A stretch of DNA of 42,031 nucleotides from Acidimicrobiia bacterium (GCA_029210695.1 JARGFH010000034.1:1-42031), one strand, 5' to 3'; counted from the first letter of the stretch, positions 26,801 through 36,615 are shown. Program-made: numbers and translations. The notes: a model not told the origin generated them from the letters alone.

Positions 26801-28277
26801 GTTCTTCCCGATCATCGCGCAGATCGATTCGACCGCGTTCAACATCTCGTATCTGGCGATCGCACCCGAGCTGATTCTGGCTGCAGGGGCGGCGCTCATC
26901 CTCATGATCGACGTGTTCTACAAGCCACGTTCGGCCGTGCATGCCGGTCTCGTGTTCTCGACGCTGATCCTGGCGACTGCTTCTGCGATTCTGCTGTACG
27001 ACCGCGTGCAGGACGGTGCGACCACCCACTTCTCGGGAATGATCGTTGCAGACGAGTTCGCCGTGCTCGGCATCTTCATCCTGCTGGCGGTGACTGCTCT
27101 GGGACTGCTCGTCGCCTGGCCGATGGTGGAGGAACTCGGGCGGCGCGGCTCCGAAACCGTGGCGCTGGTTCTACTGTCGGCAGCCGGGTTCATGTTCATG
27201 GTGTCCGGTGCCCACCTGATGATGATCTTCCTCGGGTTGGAGATCGGATCGATCTCGCTCTACATCCTGGCCGGGATCACCCGCGACAGCATTCGATCCG
27301 ATGAAGCAGCCCTCAAGTACTTCCTGCTGGGATCTTTCGCCTCGGCGATCTTCGTCTACGGCGTCGCCCTTGCTTTTGCAGGGACGGGGGAGTTGTCGTT
27401 GAGCGGCATAGCCGAGCAGTTGCCCGCCACCGCGGTCGTGCTGAGGCCGGGTGTGGTGCTGGCCGCGATCGCGCTGATCATCACGGGACTGCTGTTCAAG
27501 GTGACCGCCGCCCCGTTCCATTCGTGGGCGCCGGACGTGTATCAAGGTTCACCGGCCGGAATCGTCGGTTACATGGCGACTGCCGCCAAGGTTGCCGGCT
27601 TCGGAGCGTTGGTGAGAATCCTGTATGTGAGCTTCGCGTCGTTCTCTGATGACTGGGGTCCTGCCCTGGCGGCGGTGGCCGCTGTCTCGATCGTGCTCGG
27701 CACGGTGATGGCGATCATGCAGACGGATATGCGCCGCCTGCTGGCCTACTCAGGTGTCGCTCATGCCGGATTCATCATCACCGGCATTGTTGGCGGGAAT
27801 CTCCAGGCCGTCTGGTTCTATCTGGCTGTGTACGTGATCCAGTTGATTGCTGCCTTCGCCGTGGTGTCGGTGATGGCAGGACCGACCGGCTCCGTGTCTC
27901 CACTGGACGACTACAAGGGTCTCGGCAGACGCTCGCCTTATCTGGCCGGTGCTTTGACGGTGATGCTGCTGGCGTTGTCCGGGATGCCGGCGACGTCCGG
28001 TTTCATCGGCAAACTCGGTGTCTTCACTTCGGCGTGGAGCGGCGGCTACGAGTGGCTGGTCATCACCGCCCTCGTGGCCTCGGTGGCCGGGTTCTTCTTC
28101 TACATCCGGATCATGGTGCTCATGTATATGGAGGAGCCGGTTCTTGCCGAAGCTCCGGGGGCCGACGTGGCGAAGCCGGTTGTTTCCCCGAATGTTGAGG
28201 TGGTCCTGGCCATCGCGATCGCCATCACCATCTTCTTGGGTGTGTATCCGACCCCGCTGCTGAACTTCCTCGGGTAG
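26793..28277 (+). CDS. nuoN: NADH-quinone oxidoreductase subunit N
   Basis: EAALKYFLLG, FKVTAAPFHSWAPDVYQGSP and RRLLAYS motifs. Confidence 0.97.
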   Translation: MSEFFPIIAQIDSTAFNISYLAIAPELILAAGAALILMIDVFYKPRSAVHAGLVFSTLILATASAILLYDRVQDGATTHFSGMIVADEFAVLGIFILLAVTALGLLVAWPMVEELGRRGSETVALVLLSAAGFMFMVSGAHLMMIFLGLEIGSISLYILAGITRDSIRSDEAALKYFLLGSFASAIFVYGVALAFAGTGELSLSGIAEQLPATAVVLRPGVVLAAIALIITGLLFKVTAAPFHSWAPDVYQGSPAGIVGYMATAAKVAGFGALVRILYVSFASFSDDWGPALAAVAAVSIVLGTVMAIMQTDMRRLLAYSGVAHAGFIITGIVGGNLQAVWFYLAVYVIQLIAAFAVVSVMAGPTGSVSPLDDYKGLGRRSPYLAGALTVMLLALSGMPATSGFIGKLGVFTSAWSGGYEWLVITALVASVAGFFFYIRIMVLMYMEEPVLAEAPGADVAKPVVSPNVEVVLAIAIAITIFLGVYPTPLLNFLG

Positions 28278-28317
28278 GCAGGAACCCTTCCCGGACTCGT
28301 GGTAGACCGGTGCCGAT

Positions 28318-29127
28318 CTAGGCAGCGAGCGTCCAGCCAGTTTCGAGCCGGTAGAGGTACCGATCGGTCAGGTGGTTCAGCACCCGGCGGGCCGAACGAA
28401 AACGGGCGGCGATATCGCCGACCACCGGCAGCGAACCACTATCCAAGGCGGCGGCGTTGTACCAGTCGGAACCCAACGACTCCATGGCCTCCAGACCGTA
28501 CGACATGACGCTTCGATCGCACAGCGCCAGCATTTCGTCTGAGGCCTTGCCGACGGTTCGCCCGAGTTGTACGGCATCGACCGGTCGCAGCGGGTTGGTG
28601 CCGGTGTGGTCTGGGAATACACCCGTGCGGAAAAGGCTCAGATCACCCAGGCGGCGCAAGAGGACCGTCCGATCGTCCGGGAGCGCCTCCTCGAGCCAGA
28701 GAGCCATACCCAGCAAGTCGAAGGGACCGGCCGGTACCGGGGGCGATTCCGGCAGCGCGAACGAGGACAGCAGTGCAGCGAGGTAGGACGTCCGTCCGGG
28801 GTCCTGGACGAACTCGAGCAGCGGCGCAACGTCGAAGACCGGCATCCTCGATCCCGGCCCTATCCATTCATCGACATAGGTTGCTTCCCGAAGATCGTCG
28901 GCCGTTTTGTGGATCAGAACCGAGAACAGCAGGAACGGCGAAACGACGTCGGCCGGATGAGCGTGACGGTCGAGGACCTTCTCGAACACGTCCGGACGGG
29001 CCAACAGCTCGTGGATCTGCCACGGCCGGCGGCGCAGCTCGGTGGCGAGGTCGCCGGGATCCGTTCCGACGATGGCGGCCAGCGTTCCTAGATCTCGCTC
29101 GGTCAGATCATCCAGATATGAGGTCAT
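28318..29127 (-). CDS. Conserved hypothetical protein
   Basis: Protein-like ORF convergent with nuoN, preceded by GGAG. Contains LRRLGDLSLFRTGVFPD. Function not recognised. Confidence 0.75.
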   Translation of the reverse strand: MTSYLDDLTERDLGTLAAIVGTDPGDLATELRRRPWQIHELLARPDVFEKVLDRHAHPADVVSPFLLFSVLIHKTADDLREATYVDEWIGPGSRMPVFDVAPLLEFVQDPGRTSYLAALLSSFALPESPPVPAGPFDLLGMALWLEEALPDDRTVLLRRLGDLSLFRTGVFPDHTGTNPLRPVDAVQLGRTVGKASDEMLALCDRSVMSYGLEAMESLGSDWYNAAALDSGSLPVVGDIAARFRSARRVLNHLTDRYLYRLETGWTLAA

Positions 29128-29332
29128 TCTCGTCTCCGGGCGTTGTCCTCTGGGGTTGATGCCGACGTGGTTTCAGTTTCACCTTCTACTCGTTGTCTAT
29201 CGGCATCGAAGTGGAGCGGGTTGAATGGTTGTCAACCGATGCAGGGGCAGGCGAAGTCCTTCGGAGAACCTGATCGTGGATGACTCTGTCTCAACGGATC
29301 GGTCAACCGGGGGTGCCCACTAGCCTCGGCTC

Positions 29333-30514
29333 GTGCAAACCATGCGGTGGACTATCTCCATTCTCCTCACGGGGTTCTTCCTGACCGGATCGGCGGCGCC
29401 GGCGCTGGCCGCTGATCGAGCCACTGCCGACTTCGTCGTGGTCGGTGTCGACGAGGTCATCGAGGAAGATCTCTACGCAGTCGGCAACTCCGTCGACGTG
29501 CGAGGCACTATCGACGGCGACCTCATCGCCTTCTCGGGCAGCGAGGTCCGCATCGGAGGCGTCGTCACCGGCGACGTCATCGCAGTAACCGGCCGGGTCG
29601 TCATCGATGGGACGGTCGAGGGCTCGGTGCGGGCCACCGCCGGCTCGGTCTTTGTCGGCGGTGTGGTGAAACGCGACGTTGTCGTCGTGGCAGGCCAGAC
29701 GGAAGTGACGGGACGGGTGGGTCGAGATCTGCTCGTGTGGGGTTGGTCGCTCAACCTCGCCGGGTCGGTGGATGGCGTCGTCTTGGGGCAGACCCTGGGG
29801 ACCACCCGGATCTCGGGCGACGTCGGCAAGAACGTCGAGATGACCGTAGGAAGTCTCGAGGTCATGGCGGGAGCGTCGGTGGCAGGTGATCTCGGCTACC
29901 GGTCGCCCGACCCGGCGAGCATTGACGAAGACGCTGAGGTGGGCGGTCAGTTCATCCAGCGTGAACCGACCAGGCAGAACGTCCGACTGCGAGCCGTCGT
30001 GCTGGTCGGGGCGATTCTCAGCGTCCTCATCTTCATCGTCGGTGGACTGGCGCTGTTCTGGCTGGCACCACGCTCACTCGAGCAGGCGGCCGGTTCGGTC
30101 CGATCGAACCCGGTGGCCGCCACGGTGACCGGAACCCTGCTTCTGCCGATCCCGGTATTGATTCCCGCCGTCGTCGCAACGATCGCGGCAACCGCTCAAC
30201 CCGACGTCGCCTTGCCTCTGGCGCTTGCGCTGATACCCGTCGCTATCGGTGTCCTCTGCCTGTTCGCCCTTGCATCGGTGGCGGCACCGGTGCCCGTCCT
30301 GACCGCGGTGGGTCGGTTGATAGCTCCGAACCGCAGTGCCTTCTTCGGGTTTCTCCTGGGTGCCGGGATCTTCTTTGGTGCCGTACTCATACCCGTCGTC
30401 CGGTGGATCGTGATTCCCGCGGTCGTCGTACTCGGTCTCGGCTCTTGGGTGATGGGCGCCATGCAAGCGCGTGGGAGCGGCGACTGGGAGATACCCGTAG
30501 ATATTGACGCATAG
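29333..30514 (+). CDS. Secreted beta-helix (polymer-forming cytoskeletal/bactofilin-like) domain fused to a multi-TM C-terminus
   Basis: Signal peptide (APALA/A), repeated V-x-G-x-V-x-G-D-L units and about 5 C-terminal TM helices. TAGCCT lies 6 nt before the GTG. Confidence 0.82.
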   Translation: MQTMRWTISILLTGFFLTGSAAPALAADRATADFVVVGVDEVIEEDLYAVGNSVDVRGTIDGDLIAFSGSEVRIGGVVTGDVIAVTGRVVIDGTVEGSVRATAGSVFVGGVVKRDVVVVAGQTEVTGRVGRDLLVWGWSLNLAGSVDGVVLGQTLGTTRISGDVGKNVEMTVGSLEVMAGASVAGDLGYRSPDPASIDEDAEVGGQFIQREPTRQNVRLRAVVLVGAILSVLIFIVGGLALFWLAPRSLEQAAGSVRSNPVAATVTGTLLLPIPVLIPAVVATIAATAQPDVALPLALALIPVAIGVLCLFALASVAAPVPVLTAVGRLIAPNRSAFFGFLLGAGIFFGAVLIPVVRWIVIPAVVVLGLGSWVMGAMQARGSGDWEIPVDIDA

Positions 30515-30562
30515 CATGCGATAGCGATAGTCTGAGATCTCCACTGAGCAGCAGGAGCGGCT

Positions 30563-31504
30563 GTGGGTGACCTCCGACTGATCAATCAAACCGGGTTATA
30601 CCGGGTGGCGTCGCGGTTGGACGAAGCCACCGGCGAGCTTCAATCCAGTGCGCGTGCGCTGATGACGGTCCTCGAGACGGTCCCGGCCGTGCTCGATCAC
30701 ACGACGGCGCTTCATTCTGTGGCTGCCGCGCTCGAGGCGGCGGCCGCGGATTTGCGAAGGCGTCGCCTCGAGGAGCCACCGACGGGGCCTTTCTGCGAAG
30801 CCCCAACCATCCAGATTGACCAGCGACCGGTCGGGATGGTCGGCTTCGAAGGCTCCTCCGAGGCCTGGGGCGTCGATGCCGTCGATGACCGCGGCCGATG
30901 GTTGCGGGACTCCGTGATTCGAGGGGAGTGGAGCGGCCGGGTTGCGGCTCGACACACCGACATCCACGGGCCGCTCGGCACGTTCTCGGCTTCCGCATTG
31001 ACCGCCGAGAGCCGGGCGGAGGGGTGGATCGGGTTTGACGACTGGGCACTCGAGCTCGGTGGTGGAGCCGAGGTCGCGCTTCAGCTGGCGCAGGTCGAGT
31101 ACGGCCTCGACACGGCGTATGTCGACGTATCGAGCGAGGCATTCGTCGGCGGCGAGGCGTCGGCCTTCGGCTACCTCGACCTGGGGTTCGTCGATGGTGA
31201 CGCCGGTTTCGAGGGCGGAGTGGACGCCTTCGTCGGGATGGCCGCGACGGCAGAGCTCGGAATGGGAACCGATACGGTGGGGCTGATTGCCGGCGGAGAG
31301 GTAGGTATCGGCTTCGGAGTCGATGCCGACCTGGCGGTCGGGTACGACGATGGCGTTGCCAGCTTCGATTTCGGTGCGTCGGCGTTCCTGGGCCTAGGTG
31401 GTGGAGTCGACATGAGCTTCGATGTCGATTTAGCCGCCATCGGCAAGGTCACAGTCGACGTGATCGAGGGAGCTTCCACCTGGATCGGGTCACTGTGGCC
31501 ATGA
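30563..31504 (+). CDS. Hypothetical protein with a WXG100-like helical N-terminus and a Gly/Ala-rich beta C-terminus
   Basis: Helical LYRVASRLDEATGEL...ALEAAAADLRRR, then repeats such as EAFVGGEA, VDAFVG and GEVGIGFG. Confidence 0.6.
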   Translation: MGDLRLINQTGLYRVASRLDEATGELQSSARALMTVLETVPAVLDHTTALHSVAAALEAAAADLRRRRLEEPPTGPFCEAPTIQIDQRPVGMVGFEGSSEAWGVDAVDDRGRWLRDSVIRGEWSGRVAARHTDIHGPLGTFSASALTAESRAEGWIGFDDWALELGGGAEVALQLAQVEYGLDTAYVDVSSEAFVGGEASAFGYLDLGFVDGDAGFEGGVDAFVGMAATAELGMGTDTVGLIAGGEVGIGFGVDADLAVGYDDGVASFDFGASAFLGLGGGVDMSFDVDLAAIGKVTVDVIEGASTWIGSLWP

Positions 31505-31947
31505 TCACCTATGCCGGCAACGGATTCAGATTGGCAGTGCCTCGCGATTGGTCGCGATTGGCAAACGAGCAGCACATCGCCGCCTTTCTCGGCCGGTCCG
31601 TCGACGGCGTTAGGTCGTCGATGACGATCAGCCGCTACCGGGGATCTGCCATCGATGCCGCCGGGAGAGCCCGAGAAGACCATGTCGATCGATTCGACGG
31701 TCATGAGGTTCTCCACGAATCGTCAGGATGTGACTCCTTCTACCGGCGCTATGCGTGGGCGGGCCCGGACGGACTCCGCATCATCCAACACCAGTTGTTC
31801 GCTGCCGGGCTGGTGCTCACCTGTTCACGGGTCGATTCAGCGTCGACGGAAGGTGACGAGAAGATGTTCGTGGCCGCCATTCGGAGCCTCCGTGTTGGGA
31901 GCGGCCAACAGACGAGCTCGGAGCGGGAACAACTTCGGCCCGGGTAG
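31501..31947 (+). CDS. DcrB/DUF1795 (PsbP/Mog1-like) protein
   Basis: ATGA overlap with the previous gene. Pattern FRLAVPRDW...IIQHQ...LVLTC...FVAAIRSLR. Confidence 0.6.
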   Translation: MITYAGNGFRLAVPRDWSRLANEQHIAAFLGRSVDGVRSSMTISRYRGSAIDAAGRAREDHVDRFDGHEVLHESSGCDSFYRRYAWAGPDGLRIIQHQLFAAGLVLTCSRVDSASTEGDEKMFVAAIRSLRVGSGQQTSSEREQLRPG

Positions 31948-32000
31948 TTCTATCAGCGCCCGGCCCAGAGAAGCGGAACCGCACGGAGCGGCGGCGGACG

Positions 32001-32309
32001 TCAGCCTTCTTCGGCCATCCTGGCGATGGCGACCACCCCGCCGGCGAGGTTGGCCGCCCGAAAGCCGTTGGTTTCGAGCCAGGCCGCGGCATGCTGAGAA
32101 CGGTTGCCGGTACGGCAAACCACCAGGATCGGGGTATCGGGAGACAGTTGATCGAGGGAGGAGGGGAGTTCACCCATGCTGATGAGCTTGGCGTCCGGTA
32201 GGACGCCGGTCTGGGCCCACTCGAAGGGCTCGCGGATGTCGAGCAGCAAGGCATCATGCTCCTCGACCCACTGTTTCCAGGCGTCGGCACCCACCTGTTC
32301 GATGTCCAT
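32001..32309 (-). CDS. Single-domain rhodanese
   Basis: LLDIREPFEW, VCRTGNRS and NLAGG motifs. Confidence 0.92.
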   Translation of the reverse strand: MDIEQVGADAWKQWVEEHDALLLDIREPFEWAQTGVLPDAKLISMGELPSSLDQLSPDTPILVVCRTGNRSQHAAAWLETNGFRAANLAGGVVAIARMAEEG

Positions 32310-32331
32310 GGCCCCTCCGGCGACTCAACGA

Positions 32332-32400
32332 ATACCCAGAAGAGTGTATCGAGCCTGCCATCTATCTCGATTGCTGCGGATACGGTACCCTACAGGGTAC
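32332..32400. promoter_or_regulatory. CsoR/CstR-type operators in the divergent promoter
   Basis: GTACCCTACAGGGTAC (32385-32400) and a weaker ATACCC-N6-GTGTAT (32332-32349). Confidence 0.7.
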
Positions 32401-32421
32401 AGGTACCACCGAAAGGCGGAT

Positions 32422-32691
32422 ATGCAGTTCGAGTCCAGCACCGTCGAAGAATCCATTCGGCGCCTCAGGCGGATAGAGGGCCAGATCGGTGGCGTGATCC
32501 GCATGATGGAAGACAACCGCGAATGCCGCGAGGTGTTCCAGCAGGTGGCGGCTGCCACGAAGGCGCTCGAGCGGGTTGGCTTCAAGCTCCTCGCCTCGCA
32601 ACTCCGCGAGTGTGTCGTTGATGAGGAGAGCGCCGCCAGAGAGGGATACACCCCTCAGGAACTGGAACGTCTCTTCATGAGTCTTTCCTAG
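32422..32691 (+). CDS. CsoR/RcnR family regulator, CstR-like
   Basis: RRLRRIEGQIGGVIRMMEDNREC...LASQLRECV. Two Cys, with Gln at the copper-ligand His position. Confidence 0.88.
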   Translation: MQFESSTVEESIRRLRRIEGQIGGVIRMMEDNRECREVFQQVAAATKALERVGFKLLASQLRECVVDEESAAREGYTPQELERLFMSLS

Positions 32692-32713
32692 ATTGCGCTA
32701 GCGTCCGTATCTC

Positions 32714-33718
32714 ATGCTGAGGGATACCCGGGAACGGGCGCTCAAGGACCTGCGCATTTCGGTAACCGACCGATGCAATTTTCGGTGCCGTTATTGCATG
32801 CCGAAGGAGATCTTCTCGCGCGAGTATGAGTTTCTCGAGAGGGAACTCTTGCTGTCATTCGAGGAGATCACCCGTCTCGTCAACATCTCCATCGGCCTCG
32901 GCGTTGAGAAGGTGCGGATAACGGGAGGTGAGCCGCTCCTTCGCAAGGATCTCGAGCATCTGATCGAGCAGATGTCTACCCTCGACGGGTTGCGCGATGT
33001 CACGTTGACCACAAACGGAGTGCTGCTGGAACGCAAGGCCGCGGTTCTGGCGAAGGCCGGTCTGCGGCGGGTCACGGTGAGTCTCGACTCGCTCGACGAC
33101 GAGGTCTTCATGAAGATGAACGACGTCGGGTTTCCAGTGGCGAAGGTCCTTGACGGCATAGAAGCGGCGGCGAAGGCCGGACTGACCCCCATCAAGGTCA
33201 ACATGGTGGTCAAGCGCGGTGTCAACGATGAATCGATCGTCGACATGGCCGGGCACTTCCGAGGGACCGGCCACATCGTCCGGTTCATCGAGTACATGGA
33301 TGTGGGCACCACGAATGGGTGGCGCCTCGATGACGTCGTTCCGGCAGTGGAGATCCTCGAGCGGATCGGCAAACGATTCCCGATTGAACCGCTCGGCGCC
33401 AACTACCCGGGTGAAGTGGCTAGAAGGTGGCGGTACGCGGATGGGGAGGGAGAGATCGGGGTGATCACGTCGGTGACCCGTCCCTTCTGCTCGACCTGCA
33501 CGAGGGCGCGTATCTCAGCAGACGGCCGGCTGTACACGTGTCTCTTTGCCGCCTGGGGACGTGACCTGCGCGGTCTGCTGCGCTCTGGAGCCACCGATGA
33601 GGAGATCAGAGCGGTCCTCGTTGATGTTTGGACGAAGCGCGACGACAACTATTCGGAACGCCGATCGTCGGCGACGACGGGTCTTGGCAAGGTCGAGATG
33701 AGCTACATCGGAGGCTGA
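32714..33718 (+). CDS. moaA: GTP 3',8-cyclase MoaA
   Basis: [29 protein letters not shown]...YTCLF and terminal MSYIGG. Confidence 0.97.
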   Translation: MLRDTRERALKDLRISVTDRCNFRCRYCMPKEIFSREYEFLERELLLSFEEITRLVNISIGLGVEKVRITGGEPLLRKDLEHLIEQMSTLDGLRDVTLTTNGVLLERKAAVLAKAGLRRVTVSLDSLDDEVFMKMNDVGFPVAKVLDGIEAAAKAGLTPIKVNMVVKRGVNDESIVDMAGHFRGTGHIVRFIEYMDVGTTNGWRLDDVVPAVEILERIGKRFPIEPLGANYPGEVARRWRYADGEGEIGVITSVTRPFCSTCTRARISADGRLYTCLFAAWGRDLRGLLRSGATDEEIRAVLVDVWTKRDDNYSERRSSATTGLGKVEMSYIGG

Positions 33719-33881
33719 GAAGAGGTTCTAGTGGTCCGTCGCGGATTTGGTGACTTGGTCTCCTGCCGGACGATCCCCGCTGTGGCAGGGTTCGTGGCAC
33801 TGCCTACCCCGGTCATCAAATAGCAGACAGACCACTAGGTTCTAGGTTTTGGGTCCTGGTCCTGATGGCCGGTCCCCACCC

Positions 33882-34307
33882 TCACTGCGTGATGTTGAAT
33901 CCGCTGCTGTACCAGGCCTGAATGCCGCCATCGAGGTCGTAGACGTCGACAAAACCGAGATCCCGCATCGTTCCCATCGCAGTGCCGGAGCGGTTGCCGG
34001 AGTTGCAGTAGACGAAATAGGTCTTGTCTTTGTCGAGCTGGTCGAGTTGATCGGCGAAGTTCGACTCGTAGAAGTCGATGTTGACCGACTCGGCGATGTG
34101 GCCCGCGTTGAATTCCTCTGGGGTCCGGATGTCGAGGATGACGAAGTCCCCGGAGGCGGCATTGTCGGCGACCAACTGGTTGGCGTCGGCCGCGTTGATC
34201 AGTTGAATCGATTGCGTGGCTGGTGCGTCGACGGTGGCCGTTCCGGAGCCGCACGCTCCGAGCAGGACAACTGCAGAGAGGCCGGCGGCGATGATTCGGG
34301 TCTTCAT
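33882..34307 (-). CDS. Rhodanese-domain lipoprotein
   Basis: Lipobox LGAC, ILDIRTPEEF..GHI and YCNSGNRS. RBS GAGGTG. Confidence 0.9.
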   Translation of the reverse strand: MKTRIIAAGLSAVVLLGACGSGTATVDAPATQSIQLINAADANQLVADNAASGDFVILDIRTPEEFNAGHIAESVNIDFYESNFADQLDQLDKDKTYFVYCNSGNRSGTAMGTMRDLGFVDVYDLDGGIQAWYSSGFNITQ

Positions 34308-34484
34308 GGTGTCACCTCGTTGTTTCAATTGAGAAGCGGCCCCAGCGTAGGAGCCGCCGTCTATGACCTGGTGTCCGCGGCGCCGGCCTGCATCCGGAGA
34401 GGGGAGAAGTCGGCGGGAGACTTCAATGGGCCGGAATCGGGGAGAAACCAGCCGGCACCTGTCGGACACCAGATACATCATACC

Positions 34485-34500
34485 ATACAGGGTGGGGTAT
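34485..34500. promoter_or_regulatory. Candidate CsoR/CstR-type operator upstream of the rhodanese lipoprotein
   Basis: ATACAGGGTGGGGTAT (ATAC, G tract, GTAT). Confidence 0.55.
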
Positions 34501-34515
34501 GCAGGCTCTCATTCA

Positions 34516-34567
34516 TTTTCTCGGCAATGCTATGTATCGTTTTTCGACCATTGCATTGCGGAGAAAA
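34516..34567. repeat. 52-bp inverted repeat (REP-like element or terminator)
   Basis: TTTTCTCGGCAATGC / GCATTGCGGAGAAAA, 14 of 15 paired, just past the stop of the kinase-like gene. Confidence 0.65.
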
Positions 34568-34574
34568 CGGGAGT

Positions 34575-35111
34575 TCAGCCGAACTGGGCCATCCAGGCAG
34601 CAGCTTCCCTGGGTGATCGAAGGTGCACCGTCTTCAGGTGGCTGGTTTGGGGAGCTTCGAGTAACACTGCGTATTTTCGCCGGTTCTTCCGGTAGGTGGT
34701 TAGAGCCCACCAGATGATGGAATCGCGAGAGAACACAGCGCTGAATCGTTCCCGGTTCCCAGACCAAAGCTCCTCTCTCGTGGCAATTCGTCGCGCCGTC
34801 CGAGTCGTCACTTGCCACATCACCCGCGCCAGTCGGTAGTCGAGCCAAACGAGTGTGTCTGCTTTCGGCCAGATGAGATCGCGAACTGCCGAGTAGTTCC
34901 CATCCACCACCCATTGGTCGGCGCTGAGCGCCGACTCGACCCGACGGCGTAATACCTCAGGGTGCGCCTCGGTCCAGCCCGGTTCCCAGTGCAGAGAGTC
35001 GAGTTCGACGTGCGGCACGCCCAACATGGCGGCCAGTCGGCCGGAGACGGTGGTCTTCCCAGAGCCGCTTGTTCCTACCACCGCGACGCGCTGCACGACG
35101 ACCCTCGTCAC
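34575..35111 (-). CDS. Adenylate kinase-like P-loop protein (FlaR/topology modulation family)
   Basis: VVGTSGSGKTT, ELDSLHW and WVVDGNY motifs. Confidence 0.88.
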   Translation of the reverse strand: MTRVVVQRVAVVGTSGSGKTTVSGRLAAMLGVPHVELDSLHWEPGWTEAHPEVLRRRVESALSADQWVVDGNYSAVRDLIWPKADTLVWLDYRLARVMWQVTTRTARRIATREELWSGNRERFSAVFSRDSIIWWALTTYRKNRRKYAVLLEAPQTSHLKTVHLRSPREAAAWMAQFG

Positions 35112-36538
35112 CCGGCCGATGCGGCGGCTTGGACGATCAGGTCCCAGGCGTGGTGGACGTGGCGGTCTTCTGTGTAGGTCTGACCGATGGCCATTCGCAG
35201 GGTCAGCTGGCCGTCGAGCTTGGTATGCGTGAAGAATGCCTCACCCGACGCATTGACCGTGTCCAGGATGTGCTGGTTCACGGCGTCTCCGCCACGATGG
35301 CGGAAGCAGACCAGATTGACCGGGACCGGGGCCGCCAGGTCGAAGTCGGGATGCTCTCGAACCCGGTCGGCGACCTCCTTGGCCATCCGCAAATGCCCGG
35401 CGACATGGTGCCGGAGCCCTTCCACCCCGTAGTGCCGGACCACGAACCACAACTTCAAAGCCCGGAAACGGCGGCCAAGTCCTATCTGCCAATCCCGGTA
35501 GTCGATCACTGCGCCGGACTCTGTTGCGGCGTTGCGGAGGTATTCGGGCAGCACCGAGAGCGTGTTGATCAAAGCCGACCGGTCGGCGACGTAGAGAGCT
35601 GAGAAATCCAGGTTGGTGAACAGCCACTTGTGTGGGTTGACGACGTAGCTGTCTGCCAGTTCAACGCCTTCGTGGAGCCACCGCATCTCCGGCAGCACCG
35701 TCGCCGACCCCGCCAGGGCCGCATCGACGTGAAACCATGCGCCGTGCCTCCTGGCGATCTCTCCGATCCTTCGCACGGGATCGATCGCCGTCGACGATGT
35801 CGTTCCTACAGTTGCGATCACAACGGCAGGCGTCTTGCCGGCCGCCACATCCTCCAGCAGCAAGCGTTCGAGGTGTTCGGGCTCCATGGCATAGTCCGCG
35901 TCGACATCGACGAGATGCAAGTTTGCCGATCCGATGCCGGCGATGCGTACAGCCTTCTCGACCGACGAGTGAGCCTGGGTCGACGTATAGGCGGTGAGGT
36001 GGCCGAGGTCGCCCGTTGCATTGGTAGTGAACCCGGTGGCCCGTTCGCGAGCGGCGAGGATGGCCACCAGCGTCGACGAAGAAGCGGTGTCCTGGATCAC
36101 CCCGCCCCCCAGCCCAGTCGACAGGAAGGCGTCCGGCAACCCGAGCAGCTCGACCAGCCAGTCCATGACATGCGTCTCCAGCTCGGTGGCGGCCGGGCTG
36201 GTCGCCCACAGCATGCCCTGGGTCCCGAGGCCGGCCGAGATCAGCTCTCCGAGAATTGAGGGGGCGGACGCGTTTCCGTTGAAGTACGCGAAGAAGTTCG
36301 GCGATTGCCAGTGAGTGATGCCCGGCATGATGATGGAATCGAGATCGTTCAGCATCGCTTCGAACGATTCGCCGGATTCAGGCGGATGAGTCGGAAGCCG
36401 GGCGCGGATGTCGCCGGGTTGGACTTGCGACAGCACCGGGTAGTTCTCGACGTCCTCGAGGTAGCCGGCCACCCATTCAATTGCGGCGTGACCGGCCACC
36501 CGGAACTCATCAGGCGTCATATGGAAGCTCTTGCGCAT
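35108..36538 (-). CDS. PLP-dependent aromatic-L-amino-acid decarboxylase family protein (group II)
   Basis: PGITHWQSPNFFAYF, SPAATELE, AHSSVEKA, HVDAA, NPHKW and GRRFRALKLW motifs. Confidence 0.93.
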   Translation of the reverse strand: MRKSFHMTPDEFRVAGHAAIEWVAGYLEDVENYPVLSQVQPGDIRARLPTHPPESGESFEAMLNDLDSIIMPGITHWQSPNFFAYFNGNASAPSILGELISAGLGTQGMLWATSPAATELETHVMDWLVELLGLPDAFLSTGLGGGVIQDTASSSTLVAILAARERATGFTTNATGDLGHLTAYTSTQAHSSVEKAVRIAGIGSANLHLVDVDADYAMEPEHLERLLLEDVAAGKTPAVVIATVGTTSSTAIDPVRRIGEIARRHGAWFHVDAALAGSATVLPEMRWLHEGVELADSYVVNPHKWLFTNLDFSALYVADRSALINTLSVLPEYLRNAATESGAVIDYRDWQIGLGRRFRALKLWFVVRHYGVEGLRHHVAGHLRMAKEVADRVREHPDFDLAAPVPVNLVCFRHRGGDAVNQHILDTVNASGEAFFTHTKLDGQLTLRMAIGQTYTEDRHVHHAWDLIVQAAASAG

Positions 36539-36560
36539 GAACGGCACGTTACCCAAATCC

Positions 36561-36612
36561 CGTTTTCGCGCGGGAATTCCACCCTATAGGGGCAGATCCC
36601 CGCGCGAGAACG
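36561..36612. repeat. About 50-bp palindromic REP-like element, copy 2
   Basis: CGTTTTCGCGCGGGAAT...CACCCTATA...ATCCCCGCGCGAGAACG. Confidence 0.8.
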
Positions 36613-36615
36613 TTG

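Noticed and set aside
20254..26905. Long antisense ORFs (20254-21696, 25547-26905; similarly 111-986, 10663-11802 and 39379-40452)
   Set aside because: These are shadow frames of high-GC genes. They have no motifs and lie opposite well-supported CDSs.
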